Assembly: GCA_963771075.1 (NCBI GenBank)
Contig: CAVYSE010000006.1
Location: forward strand, 102,930-166,929
DNA: 64,000 nucleotides
DNA from: a candidate division FCPU426 bacterium
Lineage (GTDB): Bacteria > Oederibacteriota > Muellerivitia > Muellerivitales > Muellerivitaceae
Reading direction: 5' to 3'
The position numbers and the translations under genes were made by a program. Each line of letters opens with the position of its first letter. Positions within the stretch are counted from its first letter, which is position 1. The notes beneath the pieces were generated by a model. It was not told the DNA's origin, did no database searches, and saw nothing but the letters and a program-made list of their open reading frames with translations. This document shows, piece by piece, positions 21,014-28,976 of the stretch.

Positions 21014-21616
21014 TCATTTCATGACGGCGAAATTCTGCAAAGCCAATTTCGTGATCTTCCCCGTTTCGTCGTCCACGATCTGTACTTGATAGTAATAAAG
21101 TCCCTCGGGCACTTTCTTCAAGCTCCAAAGGATATCAAAAACCTTTTCTCCGTCTTTTTCGATCTTGTCAAATGGCTCCAGGTTCCGGTTGTAGATTCGA
21201 ATCTTCACCAAAGCCGGTTTCGGCAACATGATCCGAAAGGACAATTTTGCGCCCCAAGCGGGGTTGGGGATGACGGTGACCAAGGACTTTTCGATCTTGG
21301 ACGAAAGGTCAAAATGGAAAGTGTCCGTCGCGATAGGCGTCACCGTTGGGCAAGGGGTAAAGGGTTTGGAGGAGAAAGCGGGCGTTGGGGTGATCGTGGC
21401 GGTTCGTGTGGGGCTTGCCTTTTTTTTGGTTTTTTTTGCCGGGCTGTCGGCGTATAAAACCGGGGCCAGTCCCAGGGCTACCGCAAAAACAAGAAGGGTC
21501 CATTCAGTAAAATGTTTTTTGGTTTTGGGAGTATCTAGCAAGAGGCCGTTCTTGGCGCTTTCGCGTCGTAGCGATAAAACTTTTGGGGATAAGATAAAAA
21601 AACGGGACGGTTTCAT
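21014..21616 (-). CDS. Exported protein with Lys/Thr/Pro linker and C-terminal FlgD-Ig-like sorting-type domain
   Basis: Hydrophobic signal segment, TPTP linker, IPNP...VKIRIYN...W...GLYYYQV; start uncertain. Confidence 0.6.
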   Translation of the reverse strand: MKPSRFFILSPKVLSLRRESAKNGLLLDTPKTKKHFTEWTLLVFAVALGLAPVLYADSPAKKTKKKASPTRTATITPTPAFSSKPFTPCPTVTPIATDTFHFDLSSKIEKSLVTVIPNPAWGAKLSFRIMLPKPALVKIRIYNRNLEPFDKIEKDGEKVFDILWSLKKVPEGLYYYQVQIVDDETGKITKLALQNFAVMK

Positions 21617-22554
21617 TAACCGGTGACTTTGACCGCGGTCGATAGGCTCTTGGCGTCTTCCACGTTCGTGTTGCGGGTATCCACGTCGATCTTTTTAACC
21701 ATGGTGGTATAGACGCGGCCCGGACCGATCTCCACCCAGGTACGGAACCCACGCAAGATGACCGCCCTTACCGTATCGACCCATTGAACGGGGCTGGAAA
21801 GCTGGCGCACCAGCACATCGCGGACCATATCCGGGTTTGTGACCATGTCCCCGCCCCGGCTGTGGTGGAACGATATCTTAGGCGTCTTCAGCGCGGTCGG
21901 GCCCAGGCATTCCGTCAATAATTTCTCGATGGGTTTTTCCAATTCCTGCGCCAGGGGCGTAAAGAGCGGCCCCCGGGGCAACTGGGGGTTCATCTTGACC
22001 TGTTTGACCCCTTGTAATTCCACTTTCAACGATTCCGCCGATTCCTTGGAACCCCAAACGATAAAGGTGTCGGGGGAAAGGTAATGCGTAATCATGAGTT
22101 CTCCCTCCTCCCGTTGCAAGAGGGGGGTCAACTGTTCCTGGGTGATCCCCGACAAAGAAAGCCCGGCTCCCCCCTGCTTGAGGGCAAAGGCCTGCAAAAG
22201 TTCCGCCCGTTTGGCGACGAATTGGACGGCGTTGGCGAAGGGTATGGCTTCGGAGACCACCAGGGCGGCGATTTCCCCCACCCCCACCCCGGTCACCGCT
22301 TCGGGTTTCCTCCGGTTCTGGACCAAGGGATCGAAAAAGGCCACGTCATTGACGAAGGTCGCCAACTGGGCGTTAAAGAGGGTGTCCTGGTCTTCCTTGG
22401 GCCCCAGGAAACAGACCTTGGCGATCTTGGAACTAATCAGTTTTTCCGTATCGTCGAAGAATTTACGGGCGGAAAGGCTTTTCGCGTAAAAGTCCTTGCC
22501 CATGCCCACATATTGGGCTCCCTCGTTGGGGAAAACAGCGGCGATGCGTGCCAT
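21616..22554 (-). CDS. FabD (malonyl-CoA:ACP transacylase)-like protein lacking catalytic Ser/His
   Basis: FPNEGAQYVGMGKD, QLSSPVQW, VEIGPG; GHSLGE replaced by GVGVGE. Confidence 0.85.
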   Translation of the reverse strand: MARIAAVFPNEGAQYVGMGKDFYAKSLSARKFFDDTEKLISSKIAKVCFLGPKEDQDTLFNAQLATFVNDVAFFDPLVQNRRKPEAVTGVGVGEIAALVVSEAIPFANAVQFVAKRAELLQAFALKQGGAGLSLSGITQEQLTPLLQREEGELMITHYLSPDTFIVWGSKESAESLKVELQGVKQVKMNPQLPRGPLFTPLAQELEKPIEKLLTECLGPTALKTPKISFHHSRGGDMVTNPDMVRDVLVRQLSSPVQWVDTVRAVILRGFRTWVEIGPGRVYTTMVKKIDVDTRNTNVEDAKSLSTAVKVTG

Positions 22555-22610
22555 CGGGCGAAACTCCTGGAAAAAGGATGGGTCGAAAACGCCTTATATT
22601 AACACAGCCT

Positions 22611-24722
22611 TCATGAATGGGTGTTCGAAGAGAGCTTTTCCAGGTCATTGAGATTTTTCAAGATAACCGCCTTGTCGGGCGGGTTCGGCACCAGGGTCAG
22701 GTATTGGTGGAACATCTGAAGCGCGAACAAAGGGTTGGCCTGGAGGGAGGTAAAGGCTAAGTTCCGGTAGGGTTCGGGAAAGGAAGGATTCAACCGGATG
22801 GTTTCCTCCCATTGCACCTGGGCCTCCTCCACCTGATGGGTTTTGAAAAGCAAATAGGCCAGATGGTGATGGTATTGGAAATTATCCGGGTCGAGCCGAA
22901 CCGCTTCCCTTTGGTCATGAAGGGCTTCGGCTTCCCTTCCCTGCGCCAAATGGGCATCCCCCAGCTGGTACCAGGCCATGGCAAACCCGGGATCGCATTG
23001 AATAGCCTGGGTAAAGGTCAATACCGAAGGGTCCAGCAAGCGATTTCCCTTTTCCCAAAGGCCGACATTCAGCAATAACCTCGCGTTGTCGAAGGCCAAG
23101 GTCTTGACCTGGTGGAGGTCGGATTGTTGGAAGGATGGGTCCTGTTCCTGGTTGAGGCGGAAGATATAAAAGCGGGAGGCGGTTTCCCGGGTCAGGTAAT
23201 CCGCCTTTTCCGGGATTCGGGGTGTTATGGCCAAGTCCCAAATTCCCCTTGGGTTCGGGGTTTCATTGGAACTGTCCGCTTGGAATAAAAAACCGGACAT
23301 TTTCAGGGGAAGGTGGATCGCCTCTGCGTTTTCCGAATAGAAGACCGCCGAGGGATGGTTTTTCTTTGCCCAGAATTGCTCCAGCATAAATTGGGGCATG
23401 CCGTCGTTTCCCATCGACAGGTGTTGGAGCAGGCCTCCGGTGCGGTCGAATAAAAAGAGGTCTTTTCTTTTTCCCGAAACCAGGTTTTGGTAGGCCAGGG
23501 GGTAGGTCACCTCGTCTCCCTCGGCAAAAAGGGCGGCTTTCTGGGGAAGTTGCAGAAGGATGTTATGGCTCATGTCGCTGACGCAAAGGTTCCGGGACTG
23601 GTCCTGGTCTCCTCCCGTGACCAAACCCAAAACCAACAGGGCCGCGGTCCAGCCAACCGTCCAAGCCCGGGCATTTACCTGGGTCCGATTAAAGATCCAA
23701 TCCAACCCCCAGGCCAGGCCGGGAAGACACCAAAGGATAAAGGGGGTCAGGAAGGGCAGGATGATACTGTGGAATTCGGTCGTGTCGGGGGTGCGAAGAA
23801 GCAGCGGCGGAAGCAGCAGGGTTGAGCCCAGCCCGATCCAGTAGGCTCCAGGAGCTGATTTTCGGCGGGCCCACCAGCCCAGCAGTGTGATCATGCCAAC
23901 GAAAGCCCAGCCGTTCATGGCCCAAAGCTTTAAATAAAACCAAAGGTCCCAAAAGGCGTCCAGGAAGCGGCCCTTCGGAATGTCTCCCCCATATTGGCCC
24001 CGGGTCACGTGGGTGAAGAACCGCCCCCACGAATCGGGCTCGCCCCAATTCACGGGCGGGTGCAGGTGGGCCCTCAGGGGCAAAAGGAGATAAAGGGACA
24101 ACCCCAATCCCAGGAAGGCGATCCCCCGCGCCGCTTCCGTACGGTCCATCCAGACCTTCCGATAGGCCCACAAAAGCGCGGGCAGGATCAAAAGAGTCAA
24201 ATGTTGGTTCGAAAGTCCCAGGCCCATCGCAAAACAAATAAACGGCCAATTGGATTGGGACGCGTTCAGCACAAAATAAAGGAAGAGCATCGTGAAAAGA
24301 CTATGAAGCGCGAAGACCTCGGGGCTGAGGGACTGATGAAGAAGCTGGGGGGACATAAAAAGCAGGGCGGCTGCGGGAAGAATGACAGGCAAAGGGAGGG
24401 GCGGCGTATCCGGTCCGTTTTTTCCCAAGACAAGGACCGCAAGCAGGAAGGCCATTAAAAGGATCCAGATGGAAAAGAAGGTCAGTCGAAAGGCCGCCGA
24501 GCCCACGGGAAAAAGAAGAAAGAATTTGCCGAGGAGCACGTACAGCGGATAACCGGGCGGGTGGGCCGATCCAAGGTGAAAGGCGGCAGTGGTCAGTTCA
24601 GGCGCGTCTCCCGCCACAATGCCGGGGGCGCATAGGGAAAGTTCCCAAAGAACCAAAATAAGGGCCAGAACCACAGGCCCAAACCATTTCCCGGAAACAA
24701 ATCGGATGGCAAACCCACTCAT
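22611..24722 (-). CDS. DUF2723 (TMEM260-like GT-C) membrane glycosyltransferase with C-terminal TPRs
   Basis: GDAPEL...HPPGYPLY, PEVFAL, NWGEP, many TMs, TPR tail. Confidence 0.85.
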   Translation of the reverse strand: MSGFAIRFVSGKWFGPVVLALILVLWELSLCAPGIVAGDAPELTTAAFHLGSAHPPGYPLYVLLGKFFLLFPVGSAAFRLTFFSIWILLMAFLLAVLVLGKNGPDTPPLPLPVILPAAALLFMSPQLLHQSLSPEVFALHSLFTMLFLYFVLNASQSNWPFICFAMGLGLSNQHLTLLILPALLWAYRKVWMDRTEAARGIAFLGLGLSLYLLLPLRAHLHPPVNWGEPDSWGRFFTHVTRGQYGGDIPKGRFLDAFWDLWFYLKLWAMNGWAFVGMITLLGWWARRKSAPGAYWIGLGSTLLLPPLLLRTPDTTEFHSIILPFLTPFILWCLPGLAWGLDWIFNRTQVNARAWTVGWTAALLVLGLVTGGDQDQSRNLCVSDMSHNILLQLPQKAALFAEGDEVTYPLAYQNLVSGKRKDLFLFDRTGGLLQHLSMGNDGMPQFMLEQFWAKKNHPSAVFYSENAEAIHLPLKMSGFLFQADSSNETPNPRGIWDLAITPRIPEKADYLTRETASRFYIFRLNQEQDPSFQQSDLHQVKTLAFDNARLLLNVGLWEKGNRLLDPSVLTFTQAIQCDPGFAMAWYQLGDAHLAQGREAEALHDQREAVRLDPDNFQYHHHLAYLLFKTHQVEEAQVQWEETIRLNPSFPEPYRNLAFTSLQANPLFALQMFHQYLTLVPNPPDKAVILKNLNDLEKLSSNTHS

Positions 24723-25483
24723 GGATTATTGAGGCTGAAATTGAAGGTCACGACGCCCGATTGGTCCAATTGCGGCAGTTGTTGGGCCAGGGGTTCGAAT
24801 TCCCATTGGATCAGGGCTTCGTAAACATCCCGGTCTAATTCGCGGTATCCGGACGTTTGGACCATTTCCAGGTCGTCGCGCAAAAGGCCGTTGGGCAGCA
24901 CCGTAATGCGGAAACGGACGGTGGCCTCCACGCCCTGTTTCTTGGCCCATTCGGGATAGACGGGTTTGACCTGGCGTTTGATGTTTCGCGCGGCCAATTC
25001 TCCCTCGATGTTGGCGCTTCCGTCGGGGGTGCCCGCCACGCCGGAAAGGCCCAGCCCGGTGGTGGTTTTCACCTGCGCGTCGACCTTCTTGGGATTGGCC
25101 AATCCGATGGGGGCGGTTTTTCGCAAGCTTTCCAGGTATTGCTCCTCGCTTTGCGCGCTGGAATGGGGCTTGACCTTGAGCGGTTTCTGGATGGCCACCT
25201 CGGGTTTGACGTTGTCCGAAACCGATGGGTTGGCTTGGGCCTGTTGCGGGTTCGCGAAGGTCCCCTGGGTTTGGGCCACCGGCAGCGCGCCGGCCGTTTG
25301 GCCGGGCTGGGCGGCGGGGGCGCCCATTCCCTGCCCCTGGGACATTTGGCCGATCAAGGTCAACTCCATCAAGAGAGGGGTGGGGGTCACGAGGAAAGAT
25401 TGATAGATCCAGATAAAAAGCCAAAGCAAAAGCGCGTGAAGAAGCGCGGAGTAGAGGAGAGATTGGTTGAACCTGCGGTCCAT
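24719..25483 (-). CDS. tonB: TonB-family energy transducer
   Basis: SALLH TM motif, Pro/Gln-rich linker, PVYPEWAKKQGVE...TSG...LD...WEFEP. Confidence 0.88.
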   Translation of the reverse strand: MDRRFNQSLLYSALLHALLLWLFIWIYQSFLVTPTPLLMELTLIGQMSQGQGMGAPAAQPGQTAGALPVAQTQGTFANPQQAQANPSVSDNVKPEVAIQKPLKVKPHSSAQSEEQYLESLRKTAPIGLANPKKVDAQVKTTTGLGLSGVAGTPDGSANIEGELAARNIKRQVKPVYPEWAKKQGVEATVRFRITVLPNGLLRDDLEMVQTSGYRELDRDVYEALIQWEFEPLAQQLPQLDQSGVVTFNFSLNNP

Positions 25484-25575
25484 ATTGATCCTTATGGAAA
25501 CTTCTTATTAATCACCGCCAAGACGCGGAGGCGCCAAGGCGGATATTTTGGACGACTACAAAAAACGGGAAACCC

Positions 25576-26133
25576 TCACTGTGTTTTAACCGGATTGGAG
25601 GCAGCCGGCGCGGCCTGTTGGGCAGGCGCGGCCGGTTGGGCTTGCCCGGCGGATGCGGAAGGCGCGGCCGATGAAGTGGGAGCTCCCGGGGCTGGATTCG
25701 TGGTTGAAGCGGCGGGGGCCGATCCGTTTTCTTCGATCTCCACCGCGATGCCCAACTTCGTAACGCCCGCCAGGTAGGCCTTCGACATCACGCCCGCCAC
25801 CGTCCCATGGGAAACATTTTTATCGGCGTTGATCATCACCAGGGCGCCGGGTTTTTGCGACGTTAAGGTTTTCAGGTCGGTCTCCAGGCTATCCAGTGCG
25901 GTTTCCTTGGCGTCCAGGTAGATCTTGTCCCCCTGGGTAATGGTCAGGGTGATGGTTTCCGGCAGGTGGGGCGAAGGCGCGGCGACCTTGGGCAGTTTGA
26001 CCTGGAAATTCCCCTGGAACAGGAAGGGGGTCGTCACCATGAAGATCACCAAAAGCACCAGCACCACATCGGTGAAGGGCACCATGTTGATCTCGGCCAT
26101 GAGACGGGGCCGGGGTCTTAAGCGGCTTTCCAT
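25576..26133 (-). CDS. exbD: ExbD/TolR
   Basis: EINMVPFTDVVLVLLVIFMV, INADK. Confidence 0.92.
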   Translation of the reverse strand: MESRLRPRPRLMAEINMVPFTDVVLVLLVIFMVTTPFLFQGNFQVKLPKVAAPSPHLPETITLTITQGDKIYLDAKETALDSLETDLKTLTSQKPGALVMINADKNVSHGTVAGVMSKAYLAGVTKLGIAVEIEENGSAPAASTTNPAPGAPTSSAAPSASAGQAQPAAPAQQAAPAASNPVKTQ

Positions 26134-26214
26134 GTCAGCCTCCCGGGCAAATCTTCAAATTGGATTTTGAACGCTATTGGCACTTGGCCGGTTTTCCTTA
26201 TCGTGGTTCGCATG

Positions 26215-26829
26215 TTAACTGTCCAGTTTTTCGGCGAGATCGGAGATGAGGATTTCCGCTTCCTGGGCCGCGCGGTTCAGCCGGGCCTGGAAGGAGTTGT
26301 ACATAAAGACCGAAAGAATGGCCACGAAAAGGCCGGTGGCGGTGGCAAAGAGGGCTTCCGCGATCCCCTGGGAAACCACGGCCGCGCCCCCGGCGTTGGC
26401 CTGGGTCAGGTCGCGGAAGGCCTGGATGATGCCCAGCACCGTCCCGAACAAGCCGATAAAGGGCGCGATGGAACCGATGGTGGCCAGAAAGGGCAGGCGC
26501 CGTTCCAGTTCCAAAAGCTGGATCTTGGCTTCCCGTTCCATGGCCTTCACCGGGTCCGCCTTTTCCATCTTCGCCAGGATGCCGGAGCGGGCGATGTGAC
26601 CCAAAAAGCCGCCCAGTTTATCGCAAACCTCCAGGGCTTCCTTGAAGTTGGCCCGGTTCAGGGTGGGCGAGAGGGTTTCCAATAGCACTTGCAGCGACCC
26701 CAATGCCTTTCGGTAAAAGCCGATCCTCTCGATAAAGACGGCCACGACCACGATCGAAAGGATCACGAGTATCCCGATGGTCCATCCGCCCTTGGACATC
26801 ACCTGCAACAAATTAAAATCGTGCGTCAT
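26215..26829 (-). CDS. exbB: ExbB/TolQ/MotA proton channel
   Basis: LATIGSIAPFIGLFGTVLGI, GIAEALFATATGLFVAI. Confidence 0.93.
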   Translation of the reverse strand: MTHDFNLLQVMSKGGWTIGILVILSIVVVAVFIERIGFYRKALGSLQVLLETLSPTLNRANFKEALEVCDKLGGFLGHIARSGILAKMEKADPVKAMEREAKIQLLELERRLPFLATIGSIAPFIGLFGTVLGIIQAFRDLTQANAGGAAVVSQGIAEALFATATGLFVAILSVFMYNSFQARLNRAAQEAEILISDLAEKLDS

Positions 26830-27023
26830 GCGGTTCCTCCGGAAAATTTACTTTAAGAGACTATAACCATACCTAATTTCACCACAGGCCGCCTTTGGCG
26901 GCCACAGAGGCACAGAGAAAAACCTTTCTAAATTCAAGGAATCATAAACCCATTGTCCGGGTTTACGCTTCGAGCTTTCATGAGGCTACCCATCGTAACA
27001 TCCAATCCTGGATTCACCTACCT

Positions 27024-28976
27024 TCAGAAAATCAGCTCGATTCCGCCGCGTATGTGGTATTGGGGTTCCGAATAACCGGGCTGGATTTGGTAAACCTCGC
27101 CTAAAAGGTTTTCGCCCTGCAACCAGAGGGAAAAGGATTTGTTCAGGTGGTAGGTGGCGGATAGGTTCAGTGTGTTGTAACCGGGCAAGGTTCCGCCCGC
27201 CTTGGCGAAGGCGTTGACGGAGGAAACCATCACGAATTCCAACCGGCTCTCCCAGGTGTCGTTCCCACGGTATAACGAAAGAACGCCCCGGTTTTGGGGC
27301 AAGGCGGTGATATTCAAGCCGTCGTTGCCGGTGTTGTCCCCTTGCGAATACTCATAAAGGCCGCTGGCCTGCCAATATTTGGCGAAGTCCCATTGCAGGC
27401 TGGCCCCCGCCTTTTTCAATTGCACCTGGCTCAAGGCGCCGTATTGCTGGATATAGTCGGGCGCCAGGCCGTTCAGGTCCGTCCATTCATGGTATCCGTT
27501 GACTTGGGCGGTGGAACCCGAAAGGGACACGATGATTCGTTCGTTCAACTTCTGCGTCAAGCGGGCTCCCCATTCGGAAGCGACTTCGGTGGGCGAAGGA
27601 AACCCGCTATCGGGGGCCACGTGCTCCCTTTCCATGTAGGTGTTGTGGAATTGGTCCACAAAGCGGTCACTGCGCCAGTAGATATCCAATTGGCTGGTGC
27701 CGAAGACCCTCCACATGAGGTCCACGACCGGATAAAGGTTCACAGGCAGGTTTAAACCGTCTCCGGCCTGGACCTGGGCCGACAGGTTGAGGGAAAGGTT
27801 CTCCCCGGATGTGACGGAAGTTTTGAGGGTTCCCCAATACCAATCGTAGGCACCCGCTCCGTTCCCGGTGAAATCGGATTGGGCGTGACGCCACCCGGCG
27901 TCCAATGAAAGCATCCCCAGGAAGGCGGCGGGGTTTTCCACTTCCCAGCTCAGCCGGCTTTCCAGTTCCTGCGCTTGATGGGTGATCGCGGTCTGGTCCC
28001 AGCCGTCCAGTTGGGTGGTTTGGTAGGCGACCTTCAGGCGGGTTTGGGAAAGTTCCGTTTGTTTCCATTGGGCTTCCCCGTTCAGGTCCAATCCCTGCCT
28101 CGTTTCGGTGATGGAATTCTCGTAGGGCAAATTGGCCTGGTTGTCGTCATAGCCGACTCCCACCCGGAAGTTTAGATTTTTATCGGGATAGAGGCGCAGT
28201 CCCAGGTTGCCGCCCGCCTTTTGGTCCCCATCGAGACCGGGGCCTGCGGTTTCGCCCGCCCAGGTGGAGTAGTAGCCCGATAAAAGGGCCTGGACGTCCT
28301 TGAAGTCGGCGCCCACCAGGCCCCAACCCCCGTAGGTGCCGGGAATACCCCCGCCCAGGTGCAAAACCAGGGCGGTATCCCGCGAGGGGCCCGCTTCCTC
28401 GGTGGATAGCGCGGTCATCGTTTTGTTCAAGCCGGGCAAGTCGTTCATGGACCGTTCGATGCCCGTCAGGTCGTGGGACCCCAAAGTCACGTCATTTTCC
28501 CGGCGGTCGAGCCGGCTGGCTCCGATGGTCAATTCGTTCTCGCCGGTGATGACGACTTCGGGCAGGGAAAATTCGGGAACCGCGCTGGATTTTTCCGGTA
28601 CCGGCGCCTTTTCCCCCTCCCCTTGCGAGGGTACCTGTCCCGGACCTGGCGCCTGGGACAAGGCGGCGGGCTCATTGTTGGCGGGCGCGGGCTTGGAGAT
28701 CGAAACACCCTTGGCCGGGGCCTCGGGGGCGGCCGCCGTGTCATTATCCCCGCTGTTATCCTGCGCCCGGGCGGTACCCATAGACACGACCAAGGCAAGA
28801 ATAAACAAAAATTCTTTGCCACGAAGGCGCGAAGACACAAAGTACGGCAAAGAAAGGAGTAATTTTCGTAAAGAATCTGAAATCTGTGTAGTTGTTGTCT
28901 TTCTTTGTGGCTTTGTGGCTTCGTGTTGGCCGTAGGTTTGCCTGATCGGTATGGGGTGAATCCATTGTTTTCTCAA
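27024..28976 (-). CDS. TonB-dependent-receptor-like outer-membrane beta-barrel
   Basis: LPEVVITG TonB-box-like segment, amphipathic strands, LPGYNTLNL...ENLL...GGIELIF C-terminus; start uncertain. Confidence 0.75.
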   Translation of the reverse strand: MRKQWIHPIPIRQTYGQHEATKPQRKTTTTQISDSLRKLLLSLPYFVSSRLRGKEFLFILALVVSMGTARAQDNSGDNDTAAAPEAPAKGVSISKPAPANNEPAALSQAPGPGQVPSQGEGEKAPVPEKSSAVPEFSLPEVVITGENELTIGASRLDRRENDVTLGSHDLTGIERSMNDLPGLNKTMTALSTEEAGPSRDTALVLHLGGGIPGTYGGWGLVGADFKDVQALLSGYYSTWAGETAGPGLDGDQKAGGNLGLRLYPDKNLNFRVGVGYDDNQANLPYENSITETRQGLDLNGEAQWKQTELSQTRLKVAYQTTQLDGWDQTAITHQAQELESRLSWEVENPAAFLGMLSLDAGWRHAQSDFTGNGAGAYDWYWGTLKTSVTSGENLSLNLSAQVQAGDGLNLPVNLYPVVDLMWRVFGTSQLDIYWRSDRFVDQFHNTYMEREHVAPDSGFPSPTEVASEWGARLTQKLNERIIVSLSGSTAQVNGYHEWTDLNGLAPDYIQQYGALSQVQLKKAGASLQWDFAKYWQASGLYEYSQGDNTGNDGLNITALPQNRGVLSLYRGNDTWESRLEFVMVSSVNAFAKAGGTLPGYNTLNLSATYHLNKSFSLWLQGENLLGEVYQIQPGYSEPQYHIRGGIELIF

